This document shows positions 1 to 7,494 of a stretch of 32,000 nt of DNA, one piece after another. The notes beneath the pieces were generated by a model. It did not search any database, was not told the origin of the DNA, and saw only the letters and a list, made by a program, of their open reading frames with translations. Location: positions 1,170,001-1,202,000 of the forward strand of contig NC_002939.5 of assembly GCF_000007985.2 (NCBI RefSeq), read 5' to 3'. The position numbers were made by a program, and so were the translations under genes. Positions within the stretch are counted from its first letter, which is position 1. Every line of letters starts with the position of its first letter. The DNA is from Geobacter sulfurreducens PCA (lineage in GTDB: Bacteria > Desulfobacterota > Desulfuromonadia > Geobacterales > Geobacteraceae).

Positions 1-2
1 CA

Positions 3-638
3 TCCTTCATGGTGGAACGGGGTGTCGGCATCGCCGAATACCACCTGGACCACGAGCGGGACGATCGGGTGGCGTGGAGCGCAGTGGCCTCCACCCTCGA
101 GCGGGATGGTGCCGGACAGGCCGTGGAGCGGACCGGCTGCGAGTATCTGGTTGCGCCCTTCTGGCTCTCGCGACCTGAAAGTGGAGGGAATCGGCTCGTG
201 CCGGCCCTGCGTCATCCCTGGCTTCAGGGTCCCCTCCCCGGCCTGCCCGGCGGCGACCTTCTCTTCGTCCCGTCGGGGGACGACTTCATCCTGCCCGACA
301 TCCCGGCCGACGAGGCATTAGGGGAAGGAGCCGACCGTGGCGGCACCTCCCTCAGCCTCGTTTACCTCCCTCTCTATCTCCTTTCCTTCCGCCTTGCCGG
401 TCACGACTGCAGGGCACTGGTTTCGGCGGTGGACCGGCGGGTCGCGCTCCTGACGCCCCTCCCGGCCCGGTCCGAGTCGGTGCCGTTTCGCCACGCTGCA
501 CTGGTGGCCGGTTTTGCCATCACGCTCACTGCCTCCGGGCTGGCCGTGAAGAGCCACTTTCTCAGGGCAGCCGTCTTCGCGGCTGTGCTGGCCGTTGCCT
601 GGCCGGTCTGCACCGCATTGCTCCGACGGGGGGAGTAA
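3..638 (+). CDS. hypothetical membrane protein, probably 5'-partial; paralog of the next two ORFs
   Basis: The frame is open from the window edge. It has a PFW motif (LVAPFWLS), a block LVYLPLYLLSF..VSAVDRRV that matches ORF2, and two C-terminal hydrophobic helices. The stop overlaps the next start (TAATG). Alignment to ORF2 suggests a Zn ribbon lies upstream of the window. Confidence 0.5.
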   Translation, partial: SFMVERGVGIAEYHLDHERDDRVAWSAVASTLERDGAGQAVERTGCEYLVAPFWLSRPESGGNRLVPALRHPWLQGPLPGLPGGDLLFVPSGDDFILPDIPADEALGEGADRGGTSLSLVYLPLYLLSFRLAGHDCRALVSAVDRRVALLTPLPARSESVPFRHAALVAGFAITLTASGLAVKSHFLRAAVFAAVLAVAWPVCTALLRRGE

Positions 639-1615
639 TGAGCGAGCGGCAGACGGTCACCATATCCTGTCCCCAGTGTGCAAGCCCCTTTTCGTTCAGC
701 GAAGGCAACCGCAATGCTCTCTGTCCCTCTTGCGGAACCTCTCTGGCAGTTTCCGGCGAAGCGGGCATTCCCCGATTTGTTATTGCTGAGCGGATTGACC
801 GTACCCAGGCGCGCGCCGCTGCCCGCAAGGCCGCGGCGGCTGCCGGCGGCGACCCGAAGGTGGTGGAACTGCTCCGGTTTGAAGGGGACGAGCTGTGCTT
901 CCTTCCATTCTGGCGGCTGCGGGGCCATGCGGCCGGCTGGCTCTGGACCGAGCGGGAGACTCGGGTCCAGCAGGAAGAGTACGATGAGAACGGTATGCGG
1001 ACGGTTCGGGAGGTGCGCGGACCCGTGGAAAGCGGTACCGAGACGGTCATGATTGCCGTGGACTACAGCTCTCCCGCCTGCGATACGTCACGCTTCGGCC
1101 TGCGGGGCATCGCCGTGGCAAGCGCGGTCCTGCCGCTTGCGGGGATGGATTTCGCCGAGGTTTCCCGCCGGGGCACGGTCTTTGATCCGGTCACGACGCC
1201 GGATCAGGTGAGGCGGGAAGCACTGGCCCAGGCCCGGTCCCGGGGCGGAGGAAAGGGAGTGCTCCGCTCGGCCGGCCGTCTCGCCCTCTGTGGGGAGCGC
1301 ATCGCCCTCATTTCATATCCGGTCTGGAGCCTCACGTTTTCCCGCGGCGAGCGGCTCTATCACGTGGCCGTGGACGGGGTGAACGGTCGCGTCCTCGCCG
1401 GGCGCCTTCCGGCCGCCGTGCGGATTGCGGTGCTGCGCCCCCTGTCGACGGTCACGCTCCTGATCTATTCCTTCACTCTCCATCCGCTGGTCGGATTTGT
1501 CGTCGTCGGCGCTTTCCTGGCCTGGCTCGCCGCCAACGGCGGGTTGTCGATCGAGCGTTTGACCATCTGGTTCTTTGGCATGATAGAACGGAGAGGGGAG
1601 GTGGAGCTTGGCTGA
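638..1615 (+). CDS. hypothetical zinc-ribbon membrane protein (CPQC-N14-CPSC, PFW motif, 2 C-terminal TM helices)
   Basis: 325-aa ORF whose ATG overlaps the upstream stop, with GGGGGAG upstream. It has an N-terminal CxxC-N14-CxxC, the motifs FLPFWRLRG and ISYPVWSLTF..YHVAVDGVNGRV, and a hydrophobic C-terminus. I recall no family for it. Confidence 0.65.
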   Translation: MSERQTVTISCPQCASPFSFSEGNRNALCPSCGTSLAVSGEAGIPRFVIAERIDRTQARAAARKAAAAAGGDPKVVELLRFEGDELCFLPFWRLRGHAAGWLWTERETRVQQEEYDENGMRTVREVRGPVESGTETVMIAVDYSSPACDTSRFGLRGIAVASAVLPLAGMDFAEVSRRGTVFDPVTTPDQVRREALAQARSRGGGKGVLRSAGRLALCGERIALISYPVWSLTFSRGERLYHVAVDGVNGRVLAGRLPAAVRIAVLRPLSTVTLLIYSFTLHPLVGFVVVGAFLAWLAANGGLSIERLTIWFFGMIERRGEVELG

Positions 1616-2261
1616 CCGGCACGATCTGCGGGTGATCCCGCTCCGTTGCCCCGATTGCGGCGGTGGCCTTTCGGCTGCGGGTGAGGATGTCATCTTCCCC
1701 TGCCGGCGGTGCGGCACGTTCCGGGAACTGGAGGGGGAGACTCTGGCTCTGCGCCAGGTCCTCCACGCGGCCGGACCTGACCTGGATGCCCCGCCCGGGG
1801 CGCGGCGCACCATGGCGCGGCTGCCGTTCTGGGTTTTCCCGTTCCGCGCCGCGAGTTCCGGCGGCGAGGCGGCAACCCTGCGCGACTACCTGTCCCTGAC
1901 AGGCACCATCAAGACGCCTGACCCTGCTCGGGCGGAAAAGCCGCCGCTCGTCTTCGTGCCTGCTTTCGCCGCCAAGCCGGCACCCCTCCTGCGTGCGGGG
2001 CGGCTGCTGACGCTCCGTGCTCCCGCGTTCGGCCGCTCCGCCGGAAGCCCCGCCGCGGTGGCTCCCATCGTTTTTCGCGAGGCTGACGCCCTGAGCCTGG
2101 CCGAACCGGTAGTACTGGCCACCGTGGCAGGCGAGCGGCGCGTGAACCAGCGGTTTCTGGAGACATTTTCAGTCCGCTGCGGCACCGGCAGGCTCCTCAC
2201 CATTCCCTTCGACCTCCGGGAAGGGCGGCTGTTCCAGCCCGACCTGGACCTGGAGATTTGA
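1608..2261 (+). CDS. hypothetical zinc-ribbon protein (CPDC-N14-CRRC, PFW motif), soluble paralog
   Basis: TTG start at 1608, preceded by GGAGGTGGAG. It overlaps the upstream gene by 8 nt. It shows the same CxxC-N14-CxxC spacing and an RLPFWVFPF motif. Confidence 0.55.
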   Translation: MADRHDLRVIPLRCPDCGGGLSAAGEDVIFPCRRCGTFRELEGETLALRQVLHAAGPDLDAPPGARRTMARLPFWVFPFRAASSGGEAATLRDYLSLTGTIKTPDPARAEKPPLVFVPAFAAKPAPLLRAGRLLTLRAPAFGRSAGSPAAVAPIVFREADALSLAEPVVLATVAGERRVNQRFLETFSVRCGTGRLLTIPFDLREGRLFQPDLDLEI

Positions 2262-2344
2262 GGCGCGGGTGGCGGGCCGCTTGTTTTTTGCGTGATTTCT
2301 GCTACTTTTGTTCCGTGTGATGTCCATGAAAGGAGGAACGCCCC

Positions 2345-2662
2345 ATGATCGAACTGTTCGAGAAGGTATTTCTGACCGGCCTGGGGGTCGTGTCGCTGTC
2401 CCAGAAAAAGGTGGAGGAGTGTCTCGTCGACCTGAAGGAAAAGTACAAGGTGGGTGAGGACGAAGGAAAGGCGATCCTGGAGAAGATCCAGACCATGGCC
2501 AAGGACGTTAAGGGGCGCATCGAGGAGATGGCTGACGTGGAGGTCAAGCGGGCCATGGACCGACTTGGGCTCGTTCCCCGTGAGGAGTACGACCGGCTCG
2601 TCAAGCGGGTTGAGGCCCTTGAGGCCAAAGCCGGCGTCGGAGACCCGAGCACCGAATGCTGA
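2345..2662 (+). CDS. phasin-like / PHA-granule-regulator-like small coiled-coil protein (COG3937-type)
   Basis: Strong SD (AAAGGAGGA) before the ATG. The 105-aa sequence MIELFEKVFLTGLGV...LGLVPREEYDRLVKRVEALE resembles the phasin-family proteins often found next to ubiB-like genes. It overlaps the next gene by 7 nt. Confidence 0.65.
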   Translation: MIELFEKVFLTGLGVVSLSQKKVEECLVDLKEKYKVGEDEGKAILEKIQTMAKDVKGRIEEMADVEVKRAMDRLGLVPREEYDRLVKRVEALEAKAGVGDPSTEC

Positions 2663-4341
2663 GCGTTTTCCAGCTCAATCGCAACATCCGGAGCCTGCGC
2701 CGCTATCGACAGATCGTGCGGGTATTGGTCAAGTATGGCTTCGAGCACGCCCTGTCGCTCATGGGGCTGTCCCGGTTCGTTGCCCGGGGACGCCGGCTGT
2801 TCCGCAAGCCCGAACCGGAACTGGCCCGGCTCTCGCCCGCGGAGCGGATGAGGCTTGCCCTTGAAGAACTGGGCCCCACGTTTGTCAAGCTGGGCCAGAT
2901 CCTCTCTACCCGCCCGGACGTGATCCCCCGCAGTTTCGTGCTGGAGTTCGCCCGGCTCCAGGATCAGGTGCCGTCGTTCCCCTTCGAGGACGCCCTGGAC
3001 CAGATCCGCCGCGAGCTTGGTCGCGATCCGGAGGAGCGTTTTTCCTTCATCGACCCCGAGCCCCTTGCGGCAGCCTCCATCGCTCAGGTCCACCGGGCCC
3101 GGCTCGTTTCCGGCGAAGAGGTGGTGATCAAGGTCCGTCGTCCCGGCGTGGTGGAGGCCGTGGAGACCGACATCGACGCCATGATGGGATTGGCGGTCCT
3201 GGCCGAGCGTCACCTTCCCCGCAGCGACATCTACGACCCGGTGGGGCTCGTGAAGGAGTTCGCCCGGACGATCCGCCGCGAGATGGACTTCGCGCGGGAA
3301 GGGCATACCATCGAGCGCTTTGCCGAGAACTTCGCGGGGGACCCGACCCTCTACTTCCCCACGGTCCACTGGGACTGTACCGCCCGGGGGCTCCTGACCA
3401 TGGAGTTCATCAACGGGATCAAGGTGTCGGACACGGCGGCCTTGGAACGCGCGGGCATGGACCGTCGGCTCATCGCCCGACGCGGCGCCGATGCCTTCCT
3501 CAAGATGGTCCTCACCCACGGCTTCTTCCATGGCGATCCCCATCCCGGCAATGTCCTTATCCTGCCGGACAACGTCATCTGTCTGCTGGACTACGGCATG
3601 GTGGGGCGGCTCGACGCCCAGCTCAAGGGGTATCTCACCGACATCCTGCTGGCCATCGTCCAGCGGGACGTGGACGAGGTGATCTCGCTGCTGCTCTACT
3701 CGGGGGAGATTGCCGACACCTTGGATACCCGGGCTCTCAAGCGGGACCTGACCGGTCTGATCGACAACTACTACGAGACCCCGCTCCAGGAGATCGAGGT
3801 GGGACGGGTGCTGCTGGAGTTTCTGGAGGTGATTACCACCTATCACATCAAGTTCCAGCCCGACCTCATGCTGTTGGCCAAGGCCCTGGTGGCCATCGAG
3901 GGGATGGGGCGGGAGCTGGACCCCGCCTTCGACATGGTGGAGCACCTGCGCCCCTTCATGAAGCAGGCCGTGCGCGACCGCTTCTCTCCCCGCCAGCTGA
4001 TCAGGGAGATGAACTCGAACCTTCTCTCCTACTTCACCCTTGCCCGCAACCTGCCGCGGGACCTGAAGGAACTCCTCAACCGAATCAACCGGAACAAATT
4101 CAAGATCGACCTGGAACACCGGGGTCTCGACCGGGCCATGCGGGAGTTCGACAAGTCCGTGAACCGCCTTTCCTCCAGCCTGATCATTGCCGCCCTGATC
4201 GTTGGCTCGTCCATTGTCATGCAGACCGACAAGGGTCCGAAGTTCCTCGATTTTCCCGTGTTCGCCTTCATGGGCTACACCATCGCCGGCTTCATCGGCC
4301 TCTGGTGGGTCGTGGCGATCATCCGGTCGGGGCGGCTGTAA
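2656..4341 (+). CDS. ubiB: ABC1/UbiB/AarF family atypical protein kinase with C-terminal TM helices
   Basis: 561 aa. Family signatures are present: FVKLGQILSTRPDVIP, AAASIAQVHRA, FFHGDPHPGN and LDYGMVG. There are two hydrophobic helices at the C-terminus. Confidence 0.9.
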   Translation: MLSVFQLNRNIRSLRRYRQIVRVLVKYGFEHALSLMGLSRFVARGRRLFRKPEPELARLSPAERMRLALEELGPTFVKLGQILSTRPDVIPRSFVLEFARLQDQVPSFPFEDALDQIRRELGRDPEERFSFIDPEPLAAASIAQVHRARLVSGEEVVIKVRRPGVVEAVETDIDAMMGLAVLAERHLPRSDIYDPVGLVKEFARTIRREMDFAREGHTIERFAENFAGDPTLYFPTVHWDCTARGLLTMEFINGIKVSDTAALERAGMDRRLIARRGADAFLKMVLTHGFFHGDPHPGNVLILPDNVICLLDYGMVGRLDAQLKGYLTDILLAIVQRDVDEVISLLLYSGEIADTLDTRALKRDLTGLIDNYYETPLQEIEVGRVLLEFLEVITTYHIKFQPDLMLLAKALVAIEGMGRELDPAFDMVEHLRPFMKQAVRDRFSPRQLIREMNSNLLSYFTLARNLPRDLKELLNRINRNKFKIDLEHRGLDRAMREFDKSVNRLSSSLIIAALIVGSSIVMQTDKGPKFLDFPVFAFMGYTIAGFIGLWWVVAIIRSGRL

Positions 4342-4348
4342 CGAAACC

Positions 4349-5455
4349 TCAGATTCTCACCAGATCATACTCGCGCGTCCCCATGCCGATCTTCTCGGCA
4401 TGCTCCAGCTGAATCTCCCAATCGATGTCCGGGTGAACCCCGCGGAACTTGTCACCCCCCGGCTCATGGCCGGTGGCCAACGCCGTATTCTGGTTGCCCA
4501 CGGCGTCATTGACCAGGTCGGCGCAGGCCTGGTCCAGGGCAACGGGGTCGGTGGAGGCGCAGATGCCGATGTCGTTCACGATGGGGGCGTCGGCGTGGCC
4601 GTAGCAATCGCAGGCCGGGGAGACCTGGGTGATGAAGTTGAGGAAGAGGGTCTTGTGCTGCTTGCCCGTCACGGCCCCTTTGGCGAATTCGGCCATCTTT
4701 TTCATGACCAGGTCGGCGGCCTCGTTCCACTGGATGGTGATGGCCTTGGTGGGGCAGACGGTGATGCAGCGGCTGCAGCCGGCGCACGCCTTCGGGTCGA
4801 TCTTGGCCTTCCCCTCGATGATGGCGATGGCGTCGTGGGCACAGGCCTTCAGGCAGAGCCCGCAGCCGGTGCAGTATTTTTCGGCCACCCTGGGCGCCAC
4901 GGTGGAATGCTGGGTCAGCTTCCCCTCGCGGCTTGAGCAGCCCATGCCCAGGTTCTTCAGGGCGCCGCCGAAGCCGGTCAACTCATGGCACTTGAAGTGG
5001 GAGACGGCTACCAGGGCGTCGGCCTCGACGATGGCGGAGCCGATGGGGACCTTCTTCAGCAGTTCGCCGTTCACCTCAACGACAATGGCCGAGTTGCCCC
5101 GGAGTCCGTCGCACATGACGAGGGGAGCGCCGGCAACCGCAAAGTCGAAGCCGTTCTCGATGGCACAGATCAGCGCGGAGACCGCTTCCTTGCGCTCGCC
5201 GGGGTAGAGGGTTGAGGAGTCGGTGAGAAAGGGCTTTCCGCCGCATCCTTTGATTTCGTCCACCACGCGCCGGATAAAAATGGGGCGGATGAACGCATGA
5301 TTTCCCCGCTCTCCGAAGTGGACCTTTACCGCCACCAGGTCGCCCGTGGCGATCCGTTCCCTGGCACCGGCCAGGATCATGAGTTTACCGATCTTGGCGA
5401 AAAGGTTCTCCTTGTGTCCCGCCCGCATGTCGCTGAAGTAAACGGTGCTCGGCAT
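4349..5455 (-). CDS. DUF362 domain Fe-S protein with two 4Fe-4S ferredoxin motifs (COG2768-type)
   Basis: Start chosen at MPSTVYFSDMR, where AAGGAGA lies upstream of the ATG at 5455. It has CTGCGLCLKAC and CAGCSRCITVCP cluster motifs, and the DUF362-like N- and C-terminal halves. Confidence 0.85.
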   Translation of the reverse strand: MPSTVYFSDMRAGHKENLFAKIGKLMILAGARERIATGDLVAVKVHFGERGNHAFIRPIFIRRVVDEIKGCGGKPFLTDSSTLYPGERKEAVSALICAIENGFDFAVAGAPLVMCDGLRGNSAIVVEVNGELLKKVPIGSAIVEADALVAVSHFKCHELTGFGGALKNLGMGCSSREGKLTQHSTVAPRVAEKYCTGCGLCLKACAHDAIAIIEGKAKIDPKACAGCSRCITVCPTKAITIQWNEAADLVMKKMAEFAKGAVTGKQHKTLFLNFITQVSPACDCYGHADAPIVNDIGICASTDPVALDQACADLVNDAVGNQNTALATGHEPGGDKFRGVHPDIDWEIQLEHAEKIGMGTREYDLVRI

Positions 5456-5616
5456 GACGCGTCTCCTTTGCATCGAGTGTTGTGAGATGGACGCTAGCAC
5501 AGGGGCGCGGTATTTTCAACGTCAACAGCCGGTTATCGCTAACTTTTCCTTGCGGTCGGTATAAATTTTGTTATGTTGTTAATTAATAAATCAGCCGCCA
5601 CAGATCGGGGGATGCC

Positions 5617-6354
5617 ATGAGTGATTCAGCGAAGCAGCCGGAACTCTGGCTGATGGGATTGGGATGTGAGGAAGAGCGTTCGACCGCAGTGCTCGACTAT
5701 CTCAGGCATGCGGGCTATTCGGTGGTGTGCAGGGGAAGGGACGATTTCGGCGACACCAAGCCCCTTGGCGTGGTCCTCGACGTTTCACCGTTCTCCCACG
5801 ACGGCTGGGGAATCCTGCTGGATATCAAGAACAATCCGGCCACCCGCGATGTGCCGATCCTGCCGGTCTACCTGAGCCAGGAGGGAAAGATTGGGGGCGT
5901 TTTCCCGGCCGCCGGCTTTTTCACCCTCCCCATCGACACCGATTACATGATGAAGAAGCTTACGGTCCTGGGGCTGACCGATGAGGCGGATACCTGGGAC
6001 CTCCAGGTGATGGTGATCTCCAAGAAGGGGGAGGAGAGCGTTGCCAAGGCCATCACCTCCCTCGGCTTCGAGGTGGTCAACGCCTACACGGGCAAGGAGG
6101 CCGTGGCCCTTGCCACCACGGGCCGCGCTTACATGATCTTCTGTTCGGTCACGCTGCCGGACATGCACTCCTTCGAGCTGTTGGAGCGCTTCCGGCTCTA
6201 TCCGCAGGTCCGTAACGTTCCGTTCTTCGTGCTTGTAAAAGATGCCATGAAGGAGGGTGAACGGCTGGCCCTGTCCCGCCAGATGGACCACCTGGTGCGG
6301 AAGAAGGAGCTGTCGCGGGACGAGTTTCTGGCATATCTGCGCAGGCGGGGATAG
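5617..6354 (+). CDS. protein of two tandem degenerate receiver (REC-like) domains, no output domain
   Basis: 245 aa with GGGGGA upstream. The second domain has CheY-like topology, but the acidic pocket is KK (MVISKKGEE) and the phospho-Asp position is Ser (IFCSVTLPDM). The first domain keeps an Asp (VVLDVS) but lacks the conserved Lys. Confidence 0.6.
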   Translation: MSDSAKQPELWLMGLGCEEERSTAVLDYLRHAGYSVVCRGRDDFGDTKPLGVVLDVSPFSHDGWGILLDIKNNPATRDVPILPVYLSQEGKIGGVFPAAGFFTLPIDTDYMMKKLTVLGLTDEADTWDLQVMVISKKGEESVAKAITSLGFEVVNAYTGKEAVALATTGRAYMIFCSVTLPDMHSFELLERFRLYPQVRNVPFFVLVKDAMKEGERLALSRQMDHLVRKKELSRDEFLAYLRRRG

Positions 6355-6381
6355 CGGCCGACCCGCTTCCCTGATGCAGTG

Positions 6382-6417
6382 CAGCCGGCTTCCCGGAAGG
6401 GGAGCCGGCTGTTTCGT
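6382..6417 (+). terminator. rho-independent terminator after the receiver-domain gene
   Basis: CAGCCGGCTTCCC-GGAA-GGGGAGCCGGCTG forms a 13-bp stem with one G-U pair and a GGAA tetraloop, followed by TTTCGT. Confidence 0.6.
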
Positions 6418-6528
6418 GGTCGGGATACTGAACGCTCGATACCGGGCAACCCGGCTCCGCGGCTGAATTTTCGCCTCGCCTCTGGGAAACGGCGCCGGTT
6501 TGGGGTACAGTGTCCGGTATATTCAATA

Positions 6529-7494
6529 ATGGAAAAGGTGACAAAGATGATTTCACGCATGATGGTTCGAGTGGTTACGGTGGCCTTTGCCCTGTCGCTG
6601 GTGGCGGTGGCCTGTCACGAGGCCGAGGCCCGTGCGGGCGGCGGCCGCTCCTTCGGCAGCCGCGGCACGCGCACCTACCGGCCTCCGACCCGGACGGTGG
6701 ACCCGGCTCCCGCCTCCCGGCCCCAGCCGGCCCCTGCTGTTCCCCAGACCTTTCCCCAGCAGCGGCAGGGTGGCAGTTTCCTCCGCAGCATGGCCGGCGG
6801 TATCGTGGGGGGCCTGCTCGGCGGCATGCTCTTCCGCAGTCTCGGTTTCGCGGGCCCCGGTGCGGGCGGCGTGGGGCTTTTCGATATCCTGCTGATCGGC
6901 GGAATCCTCTATCTGGTCTATCGTTTCGTGGCGTCGCGGCGCCGTGAAGCCGCGGCCACGGCCGGCCGCGCACCCGACTGGAGTCGCGAGGAGCCGGTGA
7001 CGCCACAGCAGTATCGCTACGGGCAACCCGCGGAATCCGTCCCCGCAGCCGGGGCCGACTCGGGGCTGGCCCATGTCCGCCAGATGGATGGGTCGTTCAG
7101 TGAGGAACAGTTCCGTCAACTGGCCCAGGATGTCTTTTTCCGGGTCCAGGGGGCGTGGACGCGGCGCGATCTCTCGTCGGCGCGGGAGGTTCTCGCCCCT
7201 GAGATGGAGCGGGCGCTCCAGGGCGACGTGGCTGAACTCAAGGCGCGGGGTCAGGTGAATCGGCTGGAGAATATCGCCGTGCGTCAGGTGGAGCTCGTGG
7301 AGGCCTGGCAGGAGGAAGGCTGTGACTTTATTACGGTCCGTTTCCTGGCCAATCTTCTCGACTACACCACGGACGAGGAGGGACGGGTTCTCTCCGGCAG
7401 CGACCGGGAGCCGGTGAAGTTCGAGGAGTTTTGGACCTTTACCCGGCCCGTGGGGCCGAATCCCTGGAAGCTGTCGGCGATCCAGCAGGCCTGA
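6529..7494 (+). CDS. Tim44-like domain membrane protein (COG4395-type)
   Basis: It has a signal/TM segment (MISRMMVRVVTVAFALSLVAVA), a Gly-rich region, a TM helix (LFDILLIGGILYLVYRFV) and a C-terminal Tim44-like domain. The start is ATG 6529 or ATG 6547 (AAAGGTG upstream). The track's extension to 6379 looks spurious. Confidence 0.8.
   Translation: MEKVTKMISRMMVRVVTVAFALSLVAVACHEAEARAGGGRSFGSRGTRTYRPPTRTVDPAPASRPQPAPAVPQTFPQQRQGGSFLRSMAGGIVGGLLGGMLFRSLGFAGPGAGGVGLFDILLIGGILYLVYRFVASRRREAAATAGRAPDWSREEPVTPQQYRYGQPAESVPAAGADSGLAHVRQMDGSFSEEQFRQLAQDVFFRVQGAWTRRDLSSAREVLAPEMERALQGDVAELKARGQVNRLENIAVRQVELVEAWQEEGCDFITVRFLANLLDYTTDEEGRVLSGSDREPVKFEEFWTFTRPVGPNPWKLSAIQQA

Noticed and set aside
2302-4119. 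605-aa ORF antisense to the UbiB-family gene. Similar long antisense ORFs occur at 7553-9040 (+), 13977-14816 (+), 16402-17073 (+), 18718-20154 (-), 20387-21226 (-), 22207-23280 (-) and 27020-27691 (-).
   Set aside because: In every case the opposite strand encodes a protein with unmistakable family motifs (ABC1 kinase, GH3, PstS, PhoR, AMP-ligase, M24 peptidase, citrate synthase, RlmN). The antisense translations are low-complexity and Arg/Gly/Pro/His-rich, which is typical of stop-poor shadow frames in high-GC DNA.
4339-4351. Convergent UbiB-family and DUF362 genes whose stop codons lie only 7 bp apart.
   Set aside because: It is noted as tight packing with no room for a terminator, but on its own it is a common arrangement and gives no functional inference.
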